Assembly: GCA_951406725.2 (NCBI GenBank)
Contig: OX597820.1
Location: 94,550,001-94,614,000, forward strand
Reading direction: 5' to 3'
Length of the DNA stretch: 64,000 nucleotides
DNA from: Octopus vulgaris
Taxonomy: Eukaryota
The notes under the pieces were generated by a model. The model saw nothing but the letters and a program-made list of their open reading frames with translations. It did no database searches and had not been told where the DNA came from. A program made the translations under genes and the position numbers. Positions 1 to 26,909 of the stretch are shown piece by piece (position 1 is the stretch's first letter; each line of letters begins with the position of its first letter).

Positions 1-1301
1 AGGCAAACTATTACACTGGTGCCAAGAAAAATTGTGATAAAATGAATTAGTATACCCGATGGTGTTAGGAAGGGAATGAATCCATGGAAAAAACTTTGTA
101 CAGAAACGCAGTAGCAAGGTGTGTTCCTTAAAACATTATGAGGATTAAGATAGCATACTCTTGCTAATATGAAATCTCAAAATATTCTAATGATTCCTAC
201 AACACATAATGTACTATTTGGAACCGGATATTCGCACAGTGACATCTGTGAAGAAAGAACTTGCAGGAAAATGAAAAAAATGTTCGTTCTCTCACAACAT
301 TAAAGTTATCCATTCAAACGAGCTCTATTTCTCTGTACTCTGTCTCACGTCGCTACCTCTCATTCTTCCTGACCTTGTACGGAATTATTTTAAGCAATAC
401 CAAACAATTAGTATCAACGTATGTTGCTATATATTAATACCTAGCTGAAAATTACTTTATTAGGGAAAACTACATGGAACAGTAAATTACGTACATTACA
501 CACGTTGTCTTTAATAATATCTATTATTTACATTGACATCATGTCTCTGAAAGGAAGAAAAACTGCACTCTGTAAACACTGTCTATCCTTTGGTATTAAG
601 AATGGCGTTTACGAATGCAAGCATTTCTATTTCTAGTACAGGAGCATGGCAGCAAGGTGTGTTCTCACACTCATTGGATATTAGTGAACAGTTTAAATAT
701 TTCTCATGAATCTAGCGTCGCACAATGTGTGGGAAGTAGTCATTCATTCAATGATATTTAAAAAAAAAAGAAAGAAAGAAAATCCTGCAGCAATTTGAGA
801 AAATATTTCTTGTGTCTTGAGTCTGATGGGCTGTGATATTTAAAGCAATTCTCAATTTCATTACGAACTATTATGCTAATACGAAAATATTTGTTTTAAA
901 ATGTAAATATTATGAAATATTGCCAACCAATAGGTATTGATGTCATGTCTTCCATATAATCCAAATTAAGTAATTACAAATCTAATAATATTTATTCTAT
1001 ATTAAATAACTATAATATATTGCGTGTGTATTTTTTGCGATGTTTAAGATAAGGTAAATAACCTTAAAAAACCTATGTCCTTGCCATTGAAATAGTGCTG
1101 GTAGGATCACTAATTCATTAAAAAGATTTTTATTGGAAACCAGATATTTTCTCATCTCGAGATGAAAGGAAAGCATGCCATTGAAGATGTTATTAGAGCA
1201 AGCATTAAAGGATATATTGTATATTCATAATATCTATTATGAAAAATGACTTTGCAATCCGATATACTTTCTATAATAATATGTATTTTATATATTTCTA
1301 G

Positions 1302-16060
<14,759 letters not shown>

Positions 16061-17547
16061 AGAACACTTACAGAATACCAAGCACATTAAGAATACATTT
16101 GTTTAAATTTTATCCTTAATTTTCTATCAGTTATGATTTTCAAAAATTAATATATGCTACTTCTAATATTGATTTTATTTGGCTAGACATGAATTGAAGT
16201 GACGAGGGAGTCAGTAAAAGTAACTCCAGTGTATTATTGATAGTTTTTTTTTACAGACTCACTGAAGGATAAATGAAATTTATTGCAGCAGAGTTTTCAA
16301 CTAAAAGAAATGAGATACCGAACTATATAGAATAAAACATCCAGTTCGGTGTTTACTGTGACCTACTCTCAAACATGTGGTCACTTGATTTGCTGGAAAT
16401 AGCAACCAAGTTTTTTCATGTTCCACTGTCTTACAAAACCCATTATATAATGAGGTCCTATACTAAATGGTCAAGATTGGAACATCTTTCATCATATGGC
16501 TGCTCAGTCATTTCTAAACTGGAGTGAAGCAACAAGCTAATATTGATCACTAGACACACTTACAAACACACTATCTAAATTAATTTCAAATTTAGGTACA
16601 AGGCCAGCAATTTCGAGAGAAGTAGGTTAGTCGATTACGTCAGTACATGACATATTCTTTATTTTATCTACTTTAGAGGAATGAAAAGACAAGTTTGCCT
16701 TGGTTACAGACATAAAAAATCGGAACAAATCCTTTGCAGGAATTGTTTCGACGCATTGACGATTCTGTCAATCCATGGCCCTTCTTTTTCTACTAATAAT
16801 GGATAAGTATTGTTCTCACACACGCACGCGCATCAAGTTTAAAAATCATCCATCCACACTTAATACATATTAAAAGTTCGAACTCTACTCTTTCCCTCTC
16901 AATGTGTAACCTTGTAGTAAATCAGTTGTAAATAGGTTTTGACTGAACGGAACCGGTTGAATCTATTTTACTTCCCTCACACTATTAATATTTCTGGGAT
17001 AAGCTGGGAAAAGACATATGGTCAAATGTGTTCCAAAGATTACCACTCAACTTTTTGAATACCGGTGAATCATGATAGCGGTTCTTTGGCATCTCCATGG
17101 TAATGCTGACAAAAACAAACAAAGGAAGTAAAGAATGTTGTTCAATGTAGCCTTCCTTTTTTCTAAAGACATTACAAAGTGGTCTGAGTTTTATTTGGTC
17201 TGCTATTTCTAGCAGTCCCGTAGAGTTTCCTTCATTTATTTTATTTCTTCACAGTAAAAACCAAATACGTTTCTGCGATTTAGTTTGAATCATCTGCTGT
17301 GGTTATTTCATTTTCCTCGAGTCACTATCCTTTGAATGAATGTCACGGCTTCCCACTACACTTCTTCAAATGAAGCTATTAATAAAAAAAGCAATACCTA
17401 CAAATTATTAAGTATATTCAATACTTTTGATTTTGATATATTTTTTTTCAACGATCGGAAAATTTTATTTGACTAAATTATAAAATGTCAAATAATTCTA
17501 AATTTCTAAATGAACTAAAAATTAATGATTGTTGTAATAATTATTAA

Positions 17548-17590
17548 AATAAACATTTTATTTCACTTCACGGGTGTATTCTTTCTTTTT
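17548..17590 (+). promoter_or_regulatory. candidate polyadenylation signal of the micro-exon gene (3' UTR about 1.5 kb)
   Basis: AATAAA at 17548-17553, a CA about 16 nt later, then a GT/T-rich downstream element (gggtgtattctttcttttttgttg). Other AATAAA copies occur at 16331 and 17381. Confidence 0.5.
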
Positions 17591-17677
17591 TGTTGCTGTA
17601 ATTTTTACCCTTCAAACTTTGCTTTGTTCTGATTTACACTTCATAATAGTTAAGTTCTATTTTGTAGTAGAAGCCAC

Positions 17678-17907
17678 AGTCATATTATGCGGAGAAAATC
17701 CCTGGAGAGGGACATCATGCTCGGAATGGTCAGTGGCAAGAGAGGAAGAGGCCGACCAAGAAACCGCTGGCTTGACATCATCAGGAGTGATATCGGAAAG
17801 GACATAGCCAATCTGAAAGAAGCGGCCCAGGATAGAACTGACTGCAGGACACTGATCCATCGAGTAACCGAGAGTCGACTTCGACTGAGCGGATAGATAG
17901 ATAGATG
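17678..17907 (+). mobile_element. RTE-clade LINE 3' fragment
   Basis: HIMRRKSLERDIMLGMVSGKRGRGRPRNRWLD..AQDR..R, typical of the RTE ORF2 C-terminus, followed by a (GATA)n tail. Confidence 0.85.
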
Positions 17908-18448
17908 ACTGATTGAAGTAATTGTGAAAATGGGTGACAAAGAGTGAAAAGACTAGATGTGTAGCAGTTATTGATTGGATTTTGATGTTGTGGTGATAGT
18001 TGTTAAAGACGGTTGAGATGCATGGTATTGAGAGAAAGGACTGTAGAGATGTGGAAGTCATTAAAGGGGCTGTAGAAATTGAGCAGGCTATTGGGATATG
18101 CGACTGTAATTGATAAAGCTGTGGAAATGAACAAGATCGCATTAAACCCAGTTAAATAGTTTTCTATCACCTTGAGAATTTCGCGTTAATAGAAAATCAT
18201 TTAAATAATCGATACGTCAGCTTTTTCCAGTGCTCTCTCAATAGCATAATAGGTACAGGAATGGTCTTGTGGTTAGGAAATCTCCTTCACACTGTCCGAT
18301 CTTCCTATATATTACATTGTATATGTATACTCTACCAACGGAGCAATCAAAGCCTGTGTTGAAATTCTCTGTAGAAGTGTGTTGGCGAAGTAATTCCCGG
18401 AAAATAAGAAAAAATCGTCCACTGCTGAATCTGAAATTATCTTTGTTA

Positions 18449-18490
<42 letters not shown>

Positions 18491-18979
18491 ATCAAAATAA
18501 GCAACAAGGATATCCAGAGGTAATACAGTACGATATCTTTGATATCCTTGTTGCTTATTTTGATTTAAATCACCTTACTTTGAAATTGTATGGATAATAC
18601 CGGGTGTCTCAACTTAAGTACCATATTCATTTGAATATATATATATAATAGAATTTTGACAGTGAACAGGTTGCGGTCTCAAGGCAACGAAAATATTTTG
18701 GCAAATTAAATTTAAATGTTGAAAGGAATCTAAGGGTTTTGTGTGTTTTAAATGGCTTATAAACACCTTCCGCGTTGCAATTGTTTTCATTCAGGTCCTC
18801 CGTAATATATATAAATATATATATATATATATGGAAAAGACAGAACCTACGAGAACTTTTATTAATCACTACAAATGATTCGACCCCTCAAAACAACCGT
18901 AAGAAGGCATTCCAAATTTTGGGATTCACTACTGGCCAATTTGTGCATTCAACATTAGCCAATAAACCTTTAAATATTT

Positions 18980-19620
18980 GTCTTCATCTTCCACGTTCAT
19001 TAAATCTTCTCTTCCTCCTTTCTCGTCATTCCTCCTCCACCCTACTCCCTCTTCATCCTCTTCCTCCTCTACCTCCTCCCCTCCCTTTCCGCCTTCTCCT
19101 CCTCCCCTCCTCAACTTCCCTCTCCTCGCTTCCTCCCCCACCTACTTCCCTTCTTCCTCCTATCCCTTCTTCTTCTTCTTCCTCCTCCTCCCCTTCTCCC
19201 TTCTTCATCTTCTCCCTTCCTCCTTCCATTTTCTTCTGCCCCTCCTTCAATTCTTCCATCTTCTCTCTCTTCTTCCCCTCTTCCTCCCGTTCTTCTTCAT
19301 CCTTCTACTCCTCTTCCAACCCTACTTCTTCCTTCTCTGTCGTCTCCTCTTCTTCTTTCTCCTCCTCCTCCTTCCCTTCACCTTCTTTCTCCTCTTCCTC
19401 CACCAATTCTTGTTTTTCGTTTTCTTCCTTCTCTTCCTCCCCTTCTTCTTCTTCATCTTTCTTCTCTTCCTATTTCTTCTCTTCCTCCTCCTCCCCTTCA
19501 TTTTCCTTCTTCTCATTCTCCTATTTCTCCTGCTGCTGCTGCTACTGCCCCCCTCCTCCTTCTCCACCTTCTACTTTCCCCCTCCCCCTCCTCATTCCCC
19601 TCTTCCTCATCCCAACTCTT
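18980..19620. repeat. about 640-bp polypyrimidine (CT-rich) low-complexity tract
   Basis: Almost purely C/T on the + strand; the overlapping ORFs are compositional artefacts. Confidence 0.95.
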
Positions 19621-20671
19621 TTTCAGCACGTAATTTTTCTCGAACGTAATTCCCGAACGTAATTTTTGTGATTCGAAAGAGTGACTAGTGTTATATTTGG
19701 TTTTCTTAATGCAATGGTGAACCAAAATTAATCTACTTGAATGGTATATGCTTCATTCTGCTAGAGAACTTCACAGAAATAAATCTTGGATGGAGTTCAA
19801 TGTCTACAAAGGAAAAAGTAGTATAACACTATACAATGTTTAACCAAGATCTCTATAATTTCTATTTACTCATCGTCAAACCCTTAGTTAATAATAATCC
19901 TTAACGCAGAGTCGTTTGGTTTAGCACAATCGTTCCAAATTTTGCCAAAGTGCCTTACAGTATTTAGTTAAATTCCTCTGTACGTACTGATTTTGTATTC
20001 CAACAATGTTAATTTTGCCTTACATTTTCCTGGAGTCAATAAAATAAATGCCAGACGGGAATTGCTGAAATTAATCCACTGCACATGTGGCTCTGTATCT
20101 ATGTGAATAACTGACGTATTTATCAATACGGTAACAACGGAATTAATAGTAGAGGACTGAATTATTATTTATATTTATATTTTATACACAGCTCTGTGGA
20201 TTGACATTTTTCGATGGTTTCCTGGTGATTTTTTTCGTCCTTTAAACAGATTACTAAACTTAAGTTTGAACACGTACACGCATACCTCCTATGTATGCAT
20301 GTATGAATGTGTGTTTGTATGTGTGTATGTGTATGCATGAATGCATGTGTACATGTATGCACGGATGTGTGCATGTATACATATACACACAACACCACCA
20401 GATGATTGGCAAATACACATGCATTTGAAGAGCAGAAATACAGAAACATTCCTATAGAGTTAGTAGAACTCAAACTTTTCTACTGTTTGTTAATATTTCA
20501 GTTTAAAACCAGTTTTGGGAAAGAACAATGAATCAAAGAATAAGACAGAATTGTTAATCTATTGTCTTTCAATATTTATAGTTTCGTCCCTTGTGTGCAA
20601 TTTTCGCGGGAGTGGAAACTTTCTTTCGCTCTTCAGATACTTTCTTTCATTTCACACACCAGTAATACATT

Positions 20672-20941
20672 ATTTACATTAGATCGACATGTGTCCTCAT
20701 CCTGTCTGTTGTTACCACAACGTTGCGGCTGATTTACTCTGCAGCCTTCATCAGGTGTCCTAGTAGGATTTTGAACCCAATCCTGCGTTCAAAATCCTAC
20801 CACGACACCTGATGAAGGCTAGAGAGTAAATCAGCCGAAACGTTGTGGTAACAATAAACAAGATAAGGACACGTTTCCGTCTAATGTAAATAATGTAAAT
20901 AATGTACAGAATTTCTCATCTCAAAAATACAGAACTGTATT
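20672..20941. mobile_element. Penelope-like inverted-repeat insertion with a 14-bp target-site duplication
   Basis: Arms of about 110 bp (20666-20776 and 20787-20897). Direct repeat accagtaatacatt at 20658-20671 and 20942-20955. Confidence 0.7.
20806..20847 (+). ncRNA. minimal type-I hammerhead ribozyme-like motif
   Basis: CAC-CTGATGA-A-GGCT(loop)AGCC-GAAAC-GTT-GTG: both core boxes, helix II, a loopless AC/GT helix III and a short helix I, as described for Penelope-associated hammerheads. Confidence 0.6.
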
Positions 20942-21196
20942 ACCAGTAATACATTTAATTAACTCATTTGCGTTTTACCCTTCTCTCTCAAAAATTGTAT
21001 TTTGTCTATTCGGAACAACACCAAAAATATTTTCGTCAGAAAATTTCAGTTAATCAGCTTTGTACACATATATATAATCCTTTATTTTTGTTTTGTATTG
21101 TATTGTGAAAATTATAGATCTGTACATGTAATTACTTATGCTGCTGTTTGCTTTCTTCTTGTTTATTTTTTAAATGATATTTTTGTGTTTTGAATA

Positions 21197-21396
21197 TCAC
21201 TCTTCAATATTATCGTTGTCGAATTTGTGGTAGTGTTTTCGAGAGGTCCTCCAAGTGTGTAATCTGTTTATCTTGTTGTGTCGACAACACTGCCAATACC
21301 AGTTAAATACATAAATAATACATATGATCACAGCCACAATGAGAATGATGCAAATGATTGGAGTTCGATCCAGAGACTGCTGAGGTATTTTAGTAC
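21197..21396 (-). CDS. terminal TM exon of the CUB gene: GTKIPQQSLDRTPIICIILIVAVIICIIYVFNWYWQCCRHNK...DNIEE*
   Basis: ttgtAG acceptor, phase 1, open frame with about 20 hydrophobic residues followed by CC and basic residues, TGA at 21197-21199. Confidence 0.75.
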
Positions 21397-21404
21397 CTAC
21401 AATG

Positions 21405-21498
<94 letters not shown>

Positions 21499-21535
21499 AA
21501 GAAGAAGAAGAAGGAGAAGAAAAAAATTGTTGACA

Positions 21536-22840
21536 AATTGTTGACAGAATGCACCGCCCAAAAGCAGATATAGAACGACTTTACATGCCGAGAAAAAAGC
21601 TTGGTTGTGGATTTTACAACTGGAATTAACGATGATTGACACAATTGACCTAAACATCTACCTGAAAAACGCTGATGACTAGATGTTAAAACTTGTTTTA
21701 AAGCAGGAAAACAAGAAAATATCATACTCAGTAACAAAACAGGCAAAGAAATATCTAAATGAATTCCAAATACAACAAATCCCAGAATTAGACGTACTGG
21801 AAACAAGTAGAGAAAAGGCTAAGCTTATGAAAACTCATGCTAAAACTGCTGCCTTAGATATTCTTACTGATAGATAGCATGAAAAATCTCTCAATAGCAA
21901 ATACCCAAAGAGAGTTAATAATACCGATGTTGACAGAGCGAGCCCTTACCCGTCAATGGTTAGTGTTCTCTGGCTTAAAAATCAAAGACAGAAGGGTTTA
22001 TCATAGCAGCCCAAGATCAATACCTATTGATAAAGACCTACCATGTCAACATATTAAAGAACGGCAGTAACCCAACATGTTGTGTATGTAAACAACAAAA
22101 TGAAACCATTGATCATGTTGCCACCATTTGCAGTCTTCTTGTGCCTACAAAGTATCTCAACAGGCATGATTGAGCAGCACAGTATATTACTGTGTAATTT
22201 GCAAAAACTTGGACCTGCCCCATGATAAAAACTGATGGGAACGCAAGCCACTTCCAGTGCTTAAAAATGACCACATCTCAATCCTCTGGAACTTCACCGT
22301 TCAAACTGACAGAAAGATAGCTGTGAATAGGCTAGACATTATATTGAAGGACTTCAGACAAAGATCATGCCTCCTCACCAATATGACTGTTCCAATCGAT
22401 ATAAATGTATCTGTCAAAATCTACCAAAAACTGAGCAAATATAAAGATCTTGAAATAGAAATTGGCAAAATGTGGTATCTCAAGACTAAAACAATACCTG
22501 TTGTCATAGGTGCCTTAGGAATGATAGCAAAAGGAGCTGATTGCTACCTAGCACAGATATCACGAAATCCCCAAATGGCTGAAATTCAAAAAATAGTGCT
22601 CATGGGAATTGCCCATATGCTACGTAAAATACTGTCTATGGAAACTCAAATTTTCAAACAAACTTATAATTTTCTTATGTTTTCTTAAACATTCTCTAGA
22701 ACAATACTTTGTGCAAAACCAAATATATGCACCCTAGTCATAACACCAACTTTAACTTCTAACTTGTTGTCTATTGAGGTCTCTGGGTGATAGTTGGAGT
22801 TAACTTGTATAAATAGAAAGCAAAAATCAAACATATAATA
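21536..22840 (+). mobile_element. R4/Dong-like RLE non-LTR retrotransposon, 5'-truncated and decayed
   Basis: EGFIIAAQDQ, CCHC knuckle (C..C...ETIDH), and RLE motifs NRLDII / KLSKYKDLEIE / PVVIGALG. Bounded by (AAT)n on both sides. Confidence 0.88.
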
Positions 22841-22867
22841 ATAACAATAATAATGATGATGATGATG

Positions 22868-23012
22868 ATAATAATAATAATAATTAGTCCCCTAAAGGAT
22901 GAAAGGCAAAGCCGACCTCGGTGGAATATGAACTCCGAACGTAGCGGCGGGCGAAATGCTGTTAAGCATTTCGTCCAGCGTGCTAACGTTTCTGTCAGTT
23001 CGCCACCTGCCA
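22868..23012 (-). mobile_element. tRNA-derived SINE fragment
   Basis: aaggatgaaaggcaaagccgacctcggtggaat...tgctaacgtttctgtcagttcgcc is the reverse complement of the SINE head. Confidence 0.8.
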
Positions 23013-24654
23013 TAATAATAATAATAATGATGATGATAAAGCATTTTAAAAAAATTAATGCAAAATAGTTGAATTTTAAATTTATAGGCTGTACTAGATC
23101 AACAGTATTTAAGCCATGATCAAACATGTTCCAGCTGTAACTGTCAGCTTATGTTTGTTATATTTTCAGACAAAGGTTATCAAGGACCGAATTACCCAAT
23201 CTAACCTGATTTTAAAAGCTTTCGTAGATTTGGAAATGCTTTTACCAACAAATATAGACCTCATCGCGGATATAATATACTTCTTGTTAATTGAATTGGA
23301 TTACGATTATATCTAGATTGGAAAGTGTAGTAGCAGAGCATGCAATATTTTAAGATCACAACGCAAAGGATTCTGGATTGCAAATTGAAAAAAAAAAAAA
23401 AAAACAAAAAAAAAACAGAAGACAGACTTTGCACAAGAGATTCCATTAAGACAGACTTTGCACAGCATATTCCAATAAGACTAGCAATATGATGGTGTTA
23501 TATAAGATTCAAATAGGATCTAGGAATATAAGATCGAAATAAGAACTTGAATGTAGAAGCAAGATAACTTTCATTCACTATTTTGCTCTAAATGTCGAAC
23601 ATGAAATGACTACAGGAATCAGAAGTAAGTTCAGTAATTCAGCTACAACAGAATTTAGTAGAACTTTTAAAGCGTGAGTGGAGACCTGTCAGTGGTCAAC
23701 AAAACAATTTAGTTGAGGATAGCCTCCACCATGTAAAATGCATTCTAGGCTTCTTTAGGAAACTGTGATGACTTTGTAACAACTGTTTCATGCAAAAGGT
23801 GAACTTTATACCATGCCAGAGCGACTTCATCAGAATGCAGTCACGGACCCATTAATTTCTTTGACAAGTGAATTAATTAAAATGATTTTTATCAACCAAT
23901 CAACGATTCATATTCTGTGTACTTTTACGCGTTTTCCTAATCAGTACCAAAATATTTGACACATTGATGCCCAAAGAATAACTTAATCTTCATACATTAC
24001 TGTCCGAAGAACAGAGGATTCTACATATTTTGATTACTGGGTAACAGAATATTGTAGTAACTATTTCGCTAGTCGTTGTATATAAGATGCAACATTACAT
24101 ATGTGAACATTTCCATTCTAGGAACAGTCCTATGCTGTTACGAATACAGAGCATGTGATATGCATACACGTATACATTTGCATAGGAGTTTATATGCGTT
24201 CGTGTATGCATACTTGAACATACATTTGTCCGTACTCATACACATTTCTCAACGTTGGAATAGATCTTACTTGTGACAACATTTTGTACGTCTCACATTG
24301 AGTTTAGTCAACTTAATAATTTCAAGTAGAAATATATCTGCAATACATATTTTCTATGATATCGCCAAGGGTTAGAAAAATTTAGGAACAGTTTTTTTTT
24401 TTTTACAGATATTTCATAATGTGCATCATCTCCATTCTATATGTCACAGAGAACGGGGGGAGTGCCTATTACATGTCATATTTTATGGAATGTAATATTT
24501 CAAATCTTGAAAGCACAATTCTTAAAGTGTTAATATTATCTCAGCAAAGAACCGCTACATTATTTACCACTTAGTTTAAGGGAAATACACAGAAAATACT
24601 CTGTATACAGATTTGAAAAACAAACAAACAAACAAAATACTATATATTATTTAC

Positions 24655-24804
24655 CTTTTTGTTTTGAGTAATACACCGCCATAAAACCCCGACTGTGCGC
24701 TGACCAGTTCGCCGAGTACCAAATCAGCATTCTGTTAGTAGAAGAAACTATACTAACAGTTTTCGGTCCACAAAATTGACCAATCATATTATCTGTTTCA
24801 ATAT
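24655..24804 (-). CDS. CUB3 C-terminal exon (150 nt): DIETDNMIGQFCGPKTVSIVSSTNRMLIWYSANWSAHSRGFMAVYYSKQK
   Basis: cggcAG acceptor, AAG|GTaaat donor, open frame, CUB consensus. Confidence 0.85.
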
Positions 24805-24909
24805 CTGCCGATGAGAAAACAACGATGATGCAAAGAATAAGAATAAAGTGTAATGTAGAGAATGTTAGAGCATTAATACAACCATACGAGTATTATTAAT
24901 GCAAACATA

Positions 24910-25490
24910 CGAGGGGGTACCCAAAAGAAACCGGAATTTTGCAATATTATTTTATTCACTTAGTTTTACGTTTACACTTTTATCGCTTTCAAAGTATTCT
25001 CCATTTGAAGCAATGCGTTGGTCCAGGCGCGTTTTCTACTCCTCGAAGTAGTGCTGGACCTATTCCGAAGGGATGTCGTTTAACGCCTCTGTCGTTTTTT
25101 ACTTCGCCTCTTCCACATCTGCAAATTATGTAGCACCAGCTTTCGTCATCACATTCAGTCGTGACTACTTTTGATCTTCCGTGAGCAAGCGAGGCACAAA
25201 TTTTGCTGCAACTCTTTTCATTCGCAATTTTTCGTTCAAAATTCGTTGGCAGGCGCTCCAGGACGCCCCAGTTGTGTCAACAAGTTTGTCAATTGTTCAG
25301 TGACGGTCCTACAAGATTAGTTCATGAGTTTTCATAATGTTTTCATTCGTTCGGGAGGTCGACGTCCGTCCTGGACGAAGCTGGTCTTCAAGAAAAAAGT
25401 GACCATTCTCAAAGCGTAGAAAATTCCTGTTATGGAATACATTCATAAACACCAACTCAAAGAATACTAGTGGAATATTCCCGTCAAAAC
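24910..25490 (-). mobile_element. internally deleted mariner/Tc1 transposon remnant
   Basis: TA followed by a cgagggg ITR-like end. Minus-strand translation gives LEDQLRPGRTSTS..., RMKRVAAKFVPRLLTEDQK, DESWCY and RLDQRIASNGEYFE. Confidence 0.8.
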
Positions 25491-25534
25491 TTCTGTCAAA
25501 TGTAAACATACATTCATACATATATATATGCATA

Positions 25535-26591
25535 AAACTTAGATAAAACTTAGATATGTTTCGACCAGAGATTGGTCCAGGCCATGTCTAACTTAATAGC
25601 ACCACCTGATAGGATTATTCGAATCCTGTTTAAGTCAAGTTTTGTTCAAGTAGTGAGTTCTTGTTGGGTGAGTTGTATCCAATTATGGGTGGCTTATCTG
25701 GTATTCTTTGAAGGAATCTATCCAGACTCTGTTTGAAGTTGATGGGATCCTTTTCCTCTTTGATCTCCCTCGGGACAATGTTAAATAGGGCAGGGCCTGT
25801 TGAGGAAAAGAAATTATGTTGCAGTGTACATGTATGTTGTGATCTTGAATTTGGCAGGGGACGTATAGCCCGTGGTCCAAGTCTTGGATGAACCTTGAAG
25901 CTAATGTTTAGGTCCTTTGGGCAAAGTTGGCGGTATATTTTCCACATCGTACAAATGATGTACCGCTCACGGCGACGCTGGAGGGAGTAAAGTTTCAAGG
26001 CTTTAAGGCGATCCCAATAATCGAGAGCAGCCATGCCTTCAATTTGTTTAGTGAGAGCCCTCTGGGGTGACTCAATTCTGGAGATGTTTTGTCTTGTGTG
26101 AGGAGACCACAGTGGGCAGCAGTATTCAAGGTGTGGCCGTACAAAGGAGGAAAAAAGTGGTATGATGACACCTTGTTCTCTGGACCGGAAAGTTCTTAAG
26201 ATCCAGGAACTCATCCTACGAGCTATATCGACCTTCTTGTTGATGTGTGCACTCCAACTGAGATCGTCATCAACAATTACACCCAGGTCTCTGATATTGT
26301 TAGAGGCTGTGAGCGGTTCCTCTGAAGGAAGAGAGTATGGTTGTTTTAGTGAGGAATTTCTTCCAAAATGCATCAGCTCAAATTTTTCCTCATTCAGTTG
26401 CATTTTGTTTCTGTCTACCCATTGACTCACAGCATATTGATCAGACTGGAGTTGAGTTCGGTTTGCTTCTTCATTGACGATTTGCTGGAGCTTAGTGTCA
26501 TCAGCGAATATTTTCACTTTGCAGTGATGTACGACACTGGAAAGGTCGTTTACGTAAATTATGAAGAGTAGCGGACCCAAAACAGTTCCCT
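25535..26591 (-). mobile_element. CR1-clade LINE, 5'-truncated within RT
   Basis: Open 316-codon frame with GPLLF, FADDTK, RDLGV, RPHLEYC and YSLQRRRERY. Short tandem 3' tail near 25535-25557. Confidence 0.9.
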
Positions 26592-26645
26592 TTATAACAG
26601 TTCCCTATATAATATATATATATATAATATATATATTTATATATA

Positions 26646-26731
<86 letters not shown>

Positions 26732-26909
26732 GTATATATATATATGATTCTAGTTTCATATATGTGGCCATGCTATTTTATATCTACTTGGTTTCACTTC
26801 ATGGAGGCTTTCTAGCATATGCATATATGCATCATATCATATATCAGCTTCATTATAAAGACATCTGTATACCCCATATATAGGATATATATATATCTTG
26901 TCCTATATA

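Noticed and set aside
637-656. Possible extra micro-exon (ttctag|tacaggagcatggcagcaag|gtgtgt)
   Set aside because: It is 20 nt, has a weak donor and lacks the cassette flanks. The same gcaaggtgtgttc motif recurs at about 114 with no acceptor.
18490-18565. 25-bp perfect hairpin, possible terminator or pre-miRNA
   Set aside because: It is adjacent to (TA)n like the other foldback repeat remnants here, and there is no independent evidence of function.
18775-19725. Long ORFs (295 and 223 aa, plus reverse frames)
   Set aside because: They are products of the CT-rich low-complexity tract.
23560-24520. Faint CUB-like fragments on the minus strand (HVIGTPPFSVTY at about 24450; GYPQLNCF at about 23715; also about 18270-18430 and 19740-19850)
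   Set aside because: Multiple stops and frameshifts and no consistent splice sites. They could be older relics but are too weak to call.
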